This document shows positions 1 through 13,630 of a DNA stretch of 248,000 bases, piece after piece; positions within the stretch are counted from its first letter, which is position 1; every line of letters starts with the position of its first letter. This DNA comes from Wallemia ichthyophaga EXF-994 (lineage: Eukaryota > Fungi > Basidiomycota), in the NCBI RefSeq assembly GCF_000400465.1, contig NW_008806284.1, positions 20,001 to 268,000 on the forward strand, written 5' to 3'. The position numbers were made by a program, and so were the translations under genes. The notes under the pieces are model-generated. The model made no database searches. It was not told the origin of the DNA and worked only from the letters and a program-made list of their open reading frames with translations.

Positions 1-927
1 ATCTCTATCCTCCTTGACTGTACGATAGAGAGACTCCATATGAGACACTGGTACAATTTCGTCCTGTCTACCTGAAAGGAAGAGTGTATGTACACTTTTT
101 CCAATTTTCTTTATAGATTCGCCGCTATTCCATTTTTCAGTGCATAAGAAAGTGAAAGGGGTGAGGAGGGGAATGATAGAGGGAATGAGTTGGGGTATAC
201 TAGTAAAAGTGTTTTCTAAAATCAGCGCGTGAATAGAATCTGGATAATCTTTAGCCAAATCTATGCACACAGCTCCACCAATTGACTGTCCATAGAGAAT
301 TACGTTGGTTGATGACGTTAATGGATGTTGCTGGATGAATTTGAGAGCAGCTCTGGCATCAATACGTATACCAGCTTCAGAAGGCACACCTTCACTCTTT
401 CCATAACCTCTGTAGCTAACCATCAAAACATTTGTGTTTAAATTTTTGTAGAAGACTTGGGCGAGTGGAAGGCGATGGCCCTGGTGAGTTTGAGTGTGAG
501 TGTGTGATTGTTTTAACTTAAAACTCACCATATTACCCGCGTTGGCATGGAAGATTATCACAGTTGGTCGTGAACGTGATGTTTGTGATGAGGGGTGTGT
601 TATCAGATAGGCTTTTATCTTATAAGCACCTGATTGCAGTGTTATGTCTTGGTAAGGCATATCGAACCTAGCGAAAGCGGAGGGCGTTGAGCAGTGAACA
701 TTTCTACGCATGCGACACTTACTCATTTGGAGTCATAACGACACTGCGAGAATCAGCAGGCATGTTGGCTGGATAGATTAAGCTTGTTTGATAGATATAG
801 AGGAGAATGGCAGTGCCGCTAATGAGGACTGCTGATACTCCAATAAGGCCCTTGAGGGGAGTGAGATGGTGTGTGTGTCATGTAGCCAAGCAACCTTAGT
901 GCACTGCGCTATAACCGATAGAGCCAT
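1..927 (-). CDS. BEM46: BEM46/ABHD13-family alpha/beta hydrolase (spliced, runs off window start)
   Basis: Manual translation: LLYIYQTSLIYPAN...GHRLPLAQVFYKNLNTNVLMVSYRGYGKSEGVPSEAGIRIDA. Confidence 0.75.
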
Positions 928-939
928 GACGGTAGCTGA

Positions 940-1619
940 TCAAGGGGCGTATATGAATATCTCGGCTATTTGAAGAGTGGGGGAATTTGCGGGTGGAGTT
1001 GGAGGTGCTTCCGCGTACAAATGACTCGAAATAGTTGAATTGCTCTCGACTACGTCACAGAAGAGATGATCCAAGTCGTCATCGTCGTCATCGTCCTTGT
1101 GGATGTTATCGAGGATAGAATGAAGTGCTTGTTGATTGGTGTGCTGCTCCTCCACCGATAGCGGCTCACTCGGAGAAATTCCATCGTTAATCGATTTCTT
1201 TGTTCGTTTGTGTGGTTTCCGGTGGATTACTTGGAGAGGCGTTACGTTAAGAATACGCTGTATACACATTGAGAGCCCCAATTCCTTTGTCATGTACTTG
1301 AGGCACTCAAAGCTATCCTCTAGCGCTGCGTCATCCAATCCAATCAAATGACCATCGTCCAGAACGCCAATCTGGTACAAACAGCGACCGCGACCCTGCA
1401 ACAGTCTGAACTTCATCTGAGTCATGTACCTGTCCAAACGATCCTTTGTCGTGTTTAGTGTGAGTTTCAGCTGTGGCGGGTGGGTGAGTTGATTGTTCGC
1501 AGTGCAATTCAACACACTTTATACTCAACAAAGCCAACGTCACTCTCTTCAACTATCTTTCTAGTTGGTACTGTATCACTTTGAAGCCACTCCCAAATCG
1601 TTATCCCCGTCGACGTCAT
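940..1619 (-). CDS. Stand-alone GTPBP1/2-type N-terminal domain protein, no GTPase domain
   Basis: Exon1 ...EESDVGFVEYK spliced to LKLTL...RYMTQMKFRLLQGRGRCLYQIGVLDDG; stop at 940, no P-loop. Confidence 0.6.
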
Positions 1620-1675
1620 TATGCAACCAATTTTCACCAACAAATTTTATCAATTTATTGTTACAATGAATCAAT

Positions 1676-2048
1676 CTAATCGAAGAGACCGAGACCCATG
1701 TCGTCGTCAGACTCTTCCTTAGGCTCTTCCTGTACATATAGGTGGTTAGCGAAAATCTTCCAAGGAATCGTATCAACGAACCTTCTTTGGTGCTTCCTCA
1801 GCGGCGGCTGGAGCGGCACCTGCAGCAGGAGCAGCAGCAGCAGAAGCAGATGGAACAGAAGCGAGCTTCTCGGTACCTTGAGCGATCAACTCCTCGATGT
1901 TCTTGCCGTTAACCTCCTCGATGAGCTTGTTGAGGCGGCTGTCATCAGCTTCGATACCGACAGTTGAGAGGAGCTTCTTGACGTCCTCAGCTGATGGGGA
2001 GGTGTTTCCACCGACGGTGAGCAAAAGGTAGGCAGCGACGAGCTTCAT
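1676..2048 (-). CDS. RPP2: 60S acidic ribosomal protein P2
   Basis: [10 protein letters not shown]...; last exon [13 protein letters not shown]. Confidence 0.95.
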
Positions 2049-2344
2049 CTGGGAATGTGTGAGTGGTGTACATCATTACTTAAATCTCGCTCACTGTAAC
2101 GACTTAAACTGTTTAAAGGGTGAACCTGGTCCAAGTCTTGAAAGGAGAAGACGCTCAGAGTTTGCCTATTTGCAGTCTGAAGATTTTAAAAAATAACGAA
2201 AATCTAAAAATATTGTAAAATATATTATTATTATATACTCGTTAATTCTAACACACACTCCCCCACGCCCTCACCAAATTTTGTAATTTTCTCTGCTCAT
2301 TCACTCAACTCATAATTTTTCGAATCCCTTGTTGAGAAACAGTG

Positions 2345-2866
2345 ATGGCTCCTGAGTTTGACGGTACAACAAGCGCCGCTGAGGCTGCTGAGCTCAAGAA
2401 GCGCCGTACGTTCCGCAAGTTTCAATACCGCGGTGTTGAACTTGAACAACTTCTCGACTTGAAGAATGAGGAGGTTAGTTGAATGGTGTGTTTATAGGGC
2501 ATTTGCTAACATGTCATTCAAAAGTTCATGGACCTCGTTCACGCCCGCGCTCGTAGACGTTTCCAACGTGGTCTTAAGCGTGGTCCTCTCGGTCTCATCA
2601 AGAAGCTTCGTAAGGCTAAGAAGGAGACTCCTCCAAATGAGAAGCCTGCCGTCGTTAAGACCCACCTCCGTGATATGCTCGTCGTCCCTGAAATGATTGG
2701 CTCCCAAGTCGCCATTTACAACGGTAAAGTTTTCAACACTGTCGAAATCAAGCCTGAAATGGTTGCTCACTACTTGGGTGAATTCTCCATCTCCTACAAG
2801 CCTGTCAGACACGGTCGTCCAGGTATCGGTGCCACTAACTCTTCACGTTTCGTTCCACTCAAGTAG
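2345..2866 (+). CDS. RPS15: 40S ribosomal protein S15 (uS19)
   Basis: [13 protein letters not shown]...VKTHLRDM...[18 protein letters not shown]. Confidence 0.95.
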
Positions 2867-2937
2867 GTGCGGTATGGGTGTACAAGTGTTTCAAATAGCA
2901 TGCATTTCATTCTAGTACTGGCTTCATAATTTATCGT

Positions 2938-4091
2938 CTAATCAAATGGTATGCGACGTATCGAGTTGTTGGGTTTGCTACTCGCCGCTGCCGCTTCTCC
3001 GAATGCTGATGGCACGGGTATTCCACAACAGTCACTTCCAAATCCTCCATGATGTTGTGTGCGATCGACTGTTCCTGCTTTTTGTGTGTGTGTATGTGTA
3101 TGTCCACATCCGTCTACCTCCTCTGCATGCACCGGAACACCTTCAGGTGCCTGCAAAATACTTCCAAACATAAAATGCTGCACAATTGGCAACTTGCTCA
3201 ACACTTCTGCTCTAAACATTTTGAACATTCCCTCATTTACCTTTTTCCATGTTTTAACTGCGCTGATATCGTCCAACATGGGCGAATGCCATCTCAAAGA
3301 AGCCGTTTTGATAGAGTTGATGAATTTAATACAGCTGAGATACATATACTCATCTGCCATTTCGAACATAACTTCCGGATCGTGTATGCTCTTTGGACGT
3401 AGGTATTTGTGCGCACTGAGCTGACCAGCACCCCAGAGGAAAGGGAGGAAATGGTAATCATCTAACCCCCAAACACCATGACTGCCAGCTGGTTCTAACC
3501 AGAATGTTGATTGCAGTTTGCGCATGATTGTGATATATCTCCAAAACACTCTAAGTACCAAAGCAGCCTCATCGCCAGGACCGAAGACACCTAAACGATC
3601 CAAGCAGATAAGCCAGCATATAAAGTTGAGCTCCATACCACTGCCATAGTCGATGCGCTGTCTATTACCCCAAGATTCATTGAAATAGGTGGAGACTTCT
3701 GGTATAGCCTCGCTGGGTATATCTAAAGCTTTGTGCAGCGATGGACTGGCCTGTAAATGGGTGTCATAAGAGGCATAAACCACGCTAGTAATCCACCCAC
3801 CTCCACTACTCTATCGAGAAAATCACGGAATCCAGGATTACCGAAGCGTGACTGCTTGTTGTCGATAGGCGGGGACTGTTCTGTGATAGCATCCACTCTA
3901 TCCAGCACACTGAGCACTTTGTACACTCCAGCAGATATGTGCACCTCATCAGTCAGCTTCACGTCGACCACAGCCCCGTTGAGTCTGTCAATGTACTCGA
4001 GCAGGGCGTTGAATGTATCGCTTTGCTTGAATAGCTCGAGGTGCTCATCCAATACGATTCTCTTGGTTGGCTCGGTGTATTTGTATGTCAT
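2938..4091 (-). CDS. RRD2: PP2A activator (PTPA)
   Basis: ESWGNRQRIDYGSGMELNF, LEPAGSHGVWGLDDYHFLPF. Confidence 0.9.
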
Positions 4092-4213
4092 GGATGTTTG
4101 TGATTACGAGTTACAGTTGGGAATGAAAATTATGGTGAAAATTCAATCATCTTCCAAATAACTTAGTTTTCTATTACATGAGTCTTGCTTTTCTAACTAG
4201 CCAGTTTAACCCT

Positions 4214-5562
4214 TTACGCCCTAGCTTCGTGGAGCTGCATTGCACAATCTTCTCCACCACTAGCGAGTAGACCGCCATCCCAATCCACGCCCAGTATCTT
4301 GTTCTGCTTTTCTGTCTTCCCATTTGCTGGATTCCTAACGACGGTGAAGAGTGCCTGTTTTGGTGATCTCACATCCCAAAGCTTGACATTTCCATCGAGG
4401 GCAGCACTAGCCAAGTGGTGAGGCGAGTGAGGATGAGAGGCGACGCTCTCGACGACACTCCCATGGCCCCAGAGTTTCTGGGCTACGTTGCTGGTGCTGC
4501 TGCTACGCGTATCCCATACACACACACTCCTATCGACGTGTCCACTCACCGCCACGCCATGGAGATTAAGTGAGTCAACACAGCGCAAAGCGCTGGCAGC
4601 TACGCGAGAGTCGCTCTCCAGCCCGACGCCGACATCCCACAGTCGGAGAGTATGGTCAGCACCAGCCGAGTATGCGCGCGTCTGGTCCTCCTTGGCGAAA
4701 GACACGCCATTAACAGCTCCCGTGTGACCGCGCAGACGGTGTATCGGGGCTTTACGCACGGCTTCCACGGCTGCCGGCTTGCTCTTCCTCCTCTTCTTGA
4801 CGGGCTCTTCTGGATCGGCGTCCACCTCGTGCGCCGAGGGCGTGCGCGTGTCCCACAGACACACCAACCCATCCCAGTCGCTGCTGAGCAGGGTGTGTGG
4901 CTCGCTGGGGAGGAGCGGTGGAGCGACTGCGAGTGCAGACACCGGCGCAGCGTGCGCGGTGCATTGCAGCGTCTGCGACGGCTTGCCTGCGTCTATATCC
5001 CACATCCGCACCGTGCAGTCACGTCCACCTGTCACCACTGCATTGCCTACCCATTCGCCCGCTAGCACCGGCCCCACGTGGCCGAGAAGCTCCACTGTCT
5101 TCTCGCTGCGGCTGTTCCACACACTCGCAACACCGTCGTAGCTCGTCGTCAGGAACTTGTGCTCGTTGTGCGCTGTGCGGTTTATAGAGACACTCGACAC
5201 CCAGTCGTCGTGCTCGTACGTGCTGAGGTGCTTCGGTGGGAGGATCGACGGTACGTACGAGAGGTGTAGCGTTTCTTCCTGTGTTGTGTTGTTAGTAAAT
5301 TTGTACACGGCATATCCACCGATCCACCCACGCCATTGCTGTGGTTGCTAAGGACACTCGTTAGCTTTCCCCCAGCGCTGTCCTCGCCTATAAAGAAATC
5401 AAATGGCACGGCAGATACATTCTCGAGGAGGTTGTTGATCAGCTGCGATAGCTGGAAACGCTTCCAGGTGCTCGGTATCATGTACATCTCCTCTGGGATC
5501 TTGTGCTCATTGGAGATTGAATGCAGTATTACTGGTATGTTTCTACCATCCGCTGTGCTCAT
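4214..5562 (-). CDS. YTM1: Ribosome biogenesis WD40 protein Ytm1/WDR12
   Basis: NLE N-terminal exon (VPFDFFIG), HDDWVSSV, WD repeats. Confidence 0.9.
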
Positions 5563-5629
5563 TTGGTGGGTTTCGTCGATAGCAGCGAATCAAGAGGGAA
5601 GACGGCGTAAATTGCAATTTTAATACATT

Positions 5630-7064
5630 TTATACATATATAGCTTGGCAAAGATTGTATTTCCCAATATCAATCCTCCTCCGCGAACATTTCTGCCTTC
5701 CCCGTAGCCGCCTGGTAGATACGCATCGCTTCCTCCACCGCACACTCGGAAGGCTGGATAAATGGCGCTGTGACTGTGATTGGCGTGCTGACGGTGTGTA
5801 TATTGTCCTTGTCTGCATCCACATCCTCATACTCCACCTCCTCCTCGGTGTATATTGACATAAACGCAATATCGTCTTCTGTCTCGATGAGGCTGGTGAT
5901 ATATGGTCGAAAGAGATCCTCAAGTCTTCCACGCTCGTTGCCCACCAGATTTACCACTAGATAAACCATATAATACCCCACAGGACACACTCCCGCGCTA
6001 GCACCCTCATAATGCGCCTGAACAGCATTAGCGAAGGCAATACCTGGCTCGTAGACGATGATGGGTGATTCAGGGAGCGGGTTGAGGGTTGGCGGGTTAC
6101 TCAGCACCATCACTACCCTCCCCAGCTCATTCCGACGCTTCTCGTTTGTTGATATACCGAATGGGGTGAGTGTGGGCGTGTGGCCTATCACACAGCCCGC
6201 ATTGAACACCCCATCTATACCACTCATTCGTATGTTGTATCGCCCATCACATTCTACCACATCCTCGATGTCGTGGTTGAGAATGAATGTAGTGCCGCGT
6301 ACAGCGCTCGATCTGCATTTGGTGGTGAGTTGTGCTGGGTAAATCAACAATAACACTCCCCGCTCACCTGCAGTATCCCTGTATTATGTCGCCAACACCC
6401 CCATACTGCGCGTAGAGGAAGCTCGACGGTCCGTAAGCGCCATGAGCATGCAGATACGAAGCAATGCGATCGAGTACCTGGTGAGATGGCTCAAACAGCG
6501 AGATAGCCATCCCGAATGAGAACACAAGCGAGTGAAATAGCTTGGTTGGTATTCCTGCATCAAACTCACTCAGTTTCACATTCGCCCCGCTTTTGTAGTC
6601 CCCATTAGACACCGACTGGAGGAATTTCATCAACATACGCTTCTCTCGCACGTTAATATCACTTCGAAAGACTTCCTGCTTCGATTTAGGTATCTGGGTA
6701 AACTGCCCGCTGGCGTTGTACACCAATCCATCAACAAGTTTGAATTCGAGGTAATTGAATATCGACGATTTGAGAATGTTCTGCAGCTGCGTTGGTGCGT
6801 TTCTCTGCGTAAGAAGCACACTGGGGTGCAGACTGATCAGGAACTTGTGTGGATTGTCGACTTTGTTGATTTGTGAAGGTGCTGTGAAGGAGGATAGAGG
6901 AAGCGTGGCCCAGCTACCCCCATAGTAATCGTTCTTATCGACATGCAAGCACTTGTAGCCAGAAGAAGCGAGTGCACTGATGTCGTCATCGTCGTGAGCT
7001 CAGTGCGTCCACCAGCTAACCCCCACACACCTAGAAAGCAAAGACTGCGTATAACCCGTTCCAA
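5630..7064 (-). CDS. MRS6: Rab escort protein / GDI family
   Basis: HVDKNDYYGGSWATL, FLYAQYGGVGDIIQGYCR, AVRGTTFILN. Confidence 0.8.
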
Positions 7065-7149
7065 TTATCAAAAAATCGAACAAGTTTTCATTTATCGGAG
7101 TTGTCGATGACATGACGGTAGACATACAAGAAATAAAGACATCAACACA

Positions 7150-8075
7150 TCAGGTCAGTCCAGGCTCTTCATCGATCGATCTCTTTATCTTGAGCATTAT
7201 CGTCGTCTTCCAGTTATCCAATTTAGTCATCTTGTCGTAATCCACAACTAGTCCCGTGTACTGCTCCTGATCGCCCTGCTCGATGGCGTCAATAGCGCCT
7301 GATAAGAATTTATATTCGCGCGACTGCTGGAAGGAGGGATCCATTTGGGTGTATTCCGCAATAGCGCGTCCCGCATCAACAATATCACCCGCAGCGAGCC
7401 AACAAAGCCCAGCCTTGAAGAAGTAATCCTTCACGCTGAATCTGGTGAGGGGTGATTCGAGTGACTGTTTAATCACCTTATCGTAGTTACTAATAGCGCG
7501 TTTGTACTGCTCGAGTTGTGCTGCGATATCTGCGACGTCTTTGTAACACGCGCTTGCTGTTGCCTTTGCATCCTCCTGTTCGTACCACTGCGCGGATTTC
7601 TCGTAGGATTCCAGAGCCAGTGTGAGATCGCCCTGCTCTGTGAGATGTATCGAGGCGATCTCTTTCATTCTGTCAGCAGCTTGTCTGAATCTGCCTGATT
7701 CGAGCAGTCCATTCACTGCTCTCTGGTAGGCGTCTACGGCGACTGATAGGAGGTTAATTAGGACGATTTAAAAGACAAACACTACACACGCTCTGGATTT
7801 GATTGCTTATATGCCTTGCCTGCCTCCCAGAAATGCTGGTTAGCTTCATTCCTCTCGTCTGCTTTTATGGCGCATTCTCCAGCCCTGACAAAGGCTTCAC
7901 CAGCCTCCTTGAACATCTGGTCGATTTTGAACTTATTCGCTGCATCTCTGAACATATCTGCTGCATCCTGCTTGCGCTCCCTGTTAGCACTAGCGCCCCA
8001 GCTAAACAATCCACCTGATTGGTTTGCCTTTTTCTCTGCTTTCTGGTATAATGCTGATCCCTGTGATTTTCCCAT
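7150..8075 (-). CDS. SEC17: Alpha-SNAP
   Basis: GRFRQAADRMKEIA, FSVKDYFFKAGLC, LDNWKTTIMLKIK. Confidence 0.93.
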
Positions 8076-8125
8076 GTCTCGTCAGTGGATGTGCGTTGCG
8101 TGGATGATGACACTTGGACTTGCCA

Positions 8126-9014
8126 ATGAACCTTTATGATGTAAATAAAATTAACTTGACCCACTCGGCTGGCGATTGACGGACGCAATTCCAGGAAGTT
8201 AGACTCTACTCCAACACCGCCGAGCGCGATAGATTTGAGAACCTCGCCACGCTATTCGGCATCATACACTCGCTCGACTATTTGGAGAGAGCGTATGTGA
8301 GGGATTCTATAACGCAATCGCAGTACGCTCCTGCTTGCGTGAAGCTACTTGCGCAGTTCAAAACCATATTGAAGTTGGTAGCTGGGGATATTGCCGGATC
8401 TGTTGATGAATTCATGGCGCAGTATAATGTGAGTGTGGGGTGTTTTTTAAGTTTTATACTCAATTTGACCTTTCAGATGGATTGCCCTGCCGCTGCTCAT
8501 CGCCTGCATGTCGGTGTGCCTGCTACTGTCGAACACTCGGCGGAGGAGGGCGTCGAGACTGGTAAATGGGTAGCTGAAACGACTCAGGTGATTTTAATCT
8601 TTATGTTAGCTATTAAACCCCATCTAACACCCCAAAGTGCTTCATTACGTTTATGGATGCTCTCAGACTCAACCTGCGTGCTAAAGACCAGCTCCATCCC
8701 ATGCTAACAGACCTCATGAGCGTGTATTCCCGCTTCAAAGGCTCGGCAGAGTGGGAAGGTAGGCCGAAACTCGTTGGCTGGTGAGTGTTTCGATTTTTAG
8801 GTCATGTCGTATGTCGAATGTCTCACAATGTAAACAAATTTGCAGGTTGATCAGCCTCAACAAGATGAAAGCAGCTGATGAGATTACAGATGAGCAGTCA
8901 CGGCAGGTGAGTGTCTATTTAAACTCTTAATCCCAACTCAAACCCGCCACAGATGCTGTTCGACGTTGACCACGCTTATAACGAATTTTTTAGATCATTG
9001 GGTAACGACATTAA
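8126..9014 (+). CDS. VPS28: ESCRT-I subunit Vps28
   Basis: LERAYVRDSIT..Y.PAC.KLLAQFKT, MDCPAAAHRL, FITFMDALRL. Confidence 0.9.
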
Positions 9015-9374
9015 TTAGTACAAGATGTAAAGTGATTGTAAGAGTAGATAGACTGATAATGTTGCTATCGACGTCAGATTCGAGCTTGCAATGTTGTAAG
9101 CAGCTTGTGTTTTGAGGGTGTATGGTATGTGTTGGCTAAATTGTTGAATCTGGTGTATGTTTATACTCAAGTAGTTCAATGCAGGAAGAAGAAGCACTAA
9201 CAAGCTGGCCAATTCCAGCTTGTACCGCCTGTAGATGAAGGTGTTTATCAGCTGAGAAGACAGACCAAGGACAAAGAGCGTGTTCATGAACACCTTGACA
9301 GCCTGTGGGCTGTGGTTGAATGTGGTGTAGAATCCAATGGAGTTGTCTGCGTTGAATTTGTTTTGGGTGTCCAC
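9015..9374 (-). CDS. Small hypothetical membrane protein
   Basis: 119-aa ORF with hydrophobic segments; family not recognised. Confidence 0.35.
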   Translation of the reverse strand: MDTQNKFNADNSIGFYTTFNHSPQAVKVFMNTLFVLGLSSQLINTFIYRRYKLELASLLVLLLPALNYLSINIHQIQQFSQHIPYTLKTQAAYNIASSNLTSIATLSVYLLLQSLYILY

Positions 9375-9591
9375 CAGAAGTTTCAGGTCCTGGGTGAGGC
9401 ATATGAAGAGAATGCCGAGGCTAAAAGAGACGGAAGAAAGGGTGATGCTCTTGAGGAATGTCCTAGAGGTATATAAGCAAAGACCTAGTAATCTTGAGTA
9501 TTTTCAGACTTGCATTTCCAAACACTTGATCGTTGTAAATGAAGCGCCTCTTGGTGAGTAACGACGAGGATACTTGAGATAATTATTTAAT

Positions 9592-10280
9592 ATGGTGAGC
9601 TATTAGGTGATATACTGCGATATATATATCTAAGCTCACCAAACCACAGCCACCTCCAAAGCCAAAGAACTCACGAATGCTGACGCTGATCAACTACAGA
9701 CTGAGAGTGACGCTTAACGACACTCGTCAGATAATTGGACAAATGTTGGCATTCGATAGGCATATGAATTTGGTTCTCGTTGATTCTATCGAGTTTAGAA
9801 GGCTCAAAGGTCCTTCAAACCAGGGCGACATTCCCAAAGAAATGAAGAGAGCGCTTGGACTAATTGTGCTGCGTGGAGAGACTATCATTTCAATATCCGT
9901 CGAAGGTCCACCACCAGTTAAGGATGAGGAACCAATTTCTGCTGGTCCTGGGCTCGGTGCTCCAGCAGGCAGAGGAATGCCACTGGGTGCAGGTATGGGA
10001 GCTGCCCCACCCGCTTTCCAGGCTCGTCCAATGCCATATGCTGGTGGTCCTCCACCTCCTGGGTTCCCGGGACCTGCGCCTGGATTCAGACCACCACCGG
10101 GGTGAGTTTTGCGCGAATTTTGAGTTGATTCAAAGTTAATAACGATGACTTAGATTCCCTGGTGCTCCTTCAATGCCTGGATTTCCAACACCGCCTCCTG
10201 GGTGAGCTATCTAAACCACCAAAACAATCCATACTAACACAGCAAACAGCTTCGGCGGTATGCGTCCACCACCAAGCTAA
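9592..10280 (+). CDS. SMB1: snRNP core protein SmB
   Basis: INYRLRVTLNDTRQIIGQMLAFDRHMNLVL; Pro/Gly-rich tail. Confidence 0.93.
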
Positions 10281-10371
10281 GCAGGCCCAGAATATTTATT
10301 AAAAATTAATTTGTATCTCCCATAAACCTCCGCCTTCTCTCTTTCTGCTTGACGATCAACTGTATTATGCA

Positions 10372-12645
10372 ATGGCTATGGTGGGTGATATGGATATGGG
10401 CGTTATACACGCGTCTAATCGCAGCAAACAGGACGATATACACAACATAGTCACTGATAGCGTACAAGGCATCCTCACCGATGACGGCATCCCCGCTAGC
10501 CAGCTCCCAGATATCATCTCCAATCTCGCTCGAGACGGCCACCTCTCCAACTTTATCACCAAAGAGACGCTTGAGAATGTGAAGCACTTTGCCAGCACAG
10601 ACAGACTCAACGCGACATATGTCAGCCTCGATGGTTTGCTTTCTCTTATCGACTCTCTTCTCGTGTCCTCGCCAAAACAAGACAGCCTGCTCGATGAGGA
10701 GCCTCTCGACGAAATAAGCTTTATACAGAATATGGGTGATAGTCCTGTCACTAAAGATAAGGCTAAGGACGGCGTTACCCCAAAAATTAGTCGCACCAAC
10801 AAATTCAAAAGACCGAAACCAGCGCGTAAATTCGTCAGATCCAACTCGAGCTATACCGATACCAGTGACTACTACTCGTCTGACAATGATAACGATTTCG
10901 CTCTGCACTCTCCAACCAGCTCGCCGCCCCAGACACCAAATATCGACAACAAGGAAAATCTAAGCGGGTTTGACGGGCTGATGCTGTCGAATGCACCCTC
11001 TAACAACGCCTTATCGAATGTAGGTTGTTTTAGGTCAATATGAGGCAACTGACTCACTTCCTCAGGACGCTCTGATACACACCCAGAACCAGATCAAGGA
11101 TCTCGAGAAACGTAACGCGGATCTCGAGAAAAGGCTCAAGGAAGCTGAACGTTCGTACACGCAGACGACCAGTCAGAACGAAGACTATATATCCATCATG
11201 GAAGACCAGCTCAAGGAGGTAGGTCGTGTGGTGATGTGGGTTTAAAAGTGTCTAACGCACTCCCAGAATGATGCCAAGCTGGAAGCACTCGTGCGCGATG
11301 AGAAAGATTTGCGAGCAAAGGACCGCCAGAACATGTTCACTATCAACAAGCTCGAGCATGATATTGCAACATACCAGCGTCAGGCTGAGTCCGCGCGTAT
11401 CCAGGCTAGTAGTCTGCAGAGCCAATTGGGGGATGTGAATGGTGGGTGAAGCCTGCAGTGTGCATAGTGAGTGTTAATCACGCCATCCAGATGAAATCGA
11501 TTCCCTCCGAGATAGCCTCCGCGATAAGGACAGGGATGTTCGCGAAGCGCGTAGCAGGGCTGACAAATACGAGCATGAAATGGGCAAAGTGGGTGCTTGA
11601 TCATTCGAGTTTTTTCCTTTCTTACACTGACCAGTGGGAGAATGAGCGGAAGGGGTACGATGATGCACTCCAGCGCATCAAAACACATCTCGATGTGGCG
11701 AGGAAATCGGAGCGCGTGCTGGAGGTGCAAAAGACTGAGAATCTCGGATTGAAAGTGGGTGTTCTGTGCACGACATACTCCATACTAACACACCCTTCGC
11801 AGGAAACAATAGACAGACTGCGCGGTGATCTCAGCCATCAACTCGCCTACAACGGGAGTGGAAGTGGAGGGGCAGACGAGACGGGTGGACAGCTCGGCAG
11901 TGTGTCGCGTAATCTTGGCAAAGAGCTAGCGCGGCAGTTAACAGAAGACGGCGAGCATGATAATCAAAACCCCACTAACGCTCGCACTCGGCATGAATTG
12001 GGCGAGGGCGAGATTGAAACTATCGTTACTACGCGAAGAAGGAAAGTGAAACCAAGTGTGGAAGTGGCCGTTGGAGTTGGCTCGAAGGAGGGCGGTACCG
12101 CAGAGCATCATGGCTTGGAAGAAGCACAGGCAGACGCAGAACCTGCCATCGAATCACCTCCGCCGTACTCCCAGGGCCAGGCTGGATTTGAGTATGTTGA
12201 CGACGTACGCAAGGTGTGTAGCCGCGGAGTGCAAGTATCTGTAAATAGTCGGGGTGTCGATACGCAGACGGAAGTGGACAGTCAAGCGGAAATTAACGAT
12301 GGAAGCAAACGTGCCGATAATGAAAAAGAAACGAAAGGGAAAACTATATGGAGTAAATTATACGCCATATTCAAAATATCAAGTAGAAAACCAAACGTTA
12401 TACCTATATACTCCACCATAGTATTCCTGTGTGGGATGATTGGCGGTGCGTGGATACTGCCGTCGACGACAAGCTCCGTTGAGTCGCTCAGGACGGTGTC
12501 GGGGGTAGATGAGAGAGCCATGTTCGTCGCATACAACACATTCGAAGGCGCTACTTGGTTCCTAAACACTGATAATCGCCTCGTTCACTTTATTCAGAGC
12601 GTCGTGTGGAGCGGCGTAGACACGTCTCAGCTATTCCCGGCGTAG
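10372..12645 (+). CDS. Coiled-coil tail-anchored protein, possible Kms1-like KASH protein
   Basis: EF-hand-like N-terminus, coiled-coil exons, single TM near C-terminus, short tail ending QLFPA*. Confidence 0.45.
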
Positions 12646-12899
12646 TGTAGACTATTGGCTATGACTTATGCATTCATGTTACCAAGACTGACAGTCAGCT
12701 GAATGAGGTGGAGATATGAAATGCTTGTTTGAATGACGTTACAAATGCTATAATTTAGCTGCTGGTTGTTTATTAGAGTAAGAAATTTGCAGAGAGATGA
12801 AATTAATCAAGTTGAGAGAGTAATAGTAATAGTCCAGTTGTAGATCTAAGAAAAGGCGGAAGAGGTCCTGGTTGGAATTGGCCAAAGCAGCAGCAGCGT

Positions 12900-13513
12900 C
12901 TAGATGAGGCATCCGACGGCAGTGAGGAGGAGAGCAGCGGCAGCAGTAGCGACGCCGGTGTGAGTAGCTGAGCTATCGTCGTCGTCGGTGTTGTCGCCGT
13001 CGCCATCGTTATTATTGTTAGGGTTAGTAGGGCTAGGCGAGGCAGTTGACGAAGAAGATGGAGTGTAGTTCTCGCTGAACGAGCTAGCCTGCGATGGGCT
13101 GAAGTTGGCGAAAGCTTTACCGTAGACTTGCGCTTGGGCCGAAAGGTTGAAACCGCCGTTGCTCAAACAGTCGACACATTCGTCGTTGCTGTTGAGTGTG
13201 TGCACCATTTCGGGATACACACACGAGTAGTATTCGGTAGTGTTGCCATTCGCGCTGTCGTGGCAATCGAGGTCTGATTGACGGAAATTCGAGCACGAGT
13301 TGTCGTAGCAGTTGCTCAGCTGGTCGTTGTGCGATGGGGTGACTGTATCCGTGGCGTCCGTGTCTGCTGAGGCGTCCGTGTCTGCGGAGCCGGTGTTGCT
13401 GCCGTCTGCAAGTGCAAATTAGTTGTCTGTGCCTGTGCGCAACAAGCCCACTTACCCTGAGCAAGAACACCAGTGAGGAGAAGGGCTGTAGAGAGAAGAG
13501 CTGTGATTTGCAT
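12900..13513 (-). CDS. Small secreted, probably GPI-anchored Cys-containing protein
   Basis: Signal MQITALLSTALLLTGVLAQ; Ser/Thr linker; hydrophobic C-terminus. Confidence 0.7.
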
Positions 13514-13630
13514 AGTCCTTGTATAAGAGTTGCTTGTGTTGGTTGTTACACTGCAAGAAGCCCCTGCACAGCCATTCTATTTAAATTTCGGCGGACAAAG
13601 TTCTGTGCATAAAAGACAGGGTATGTGCGC

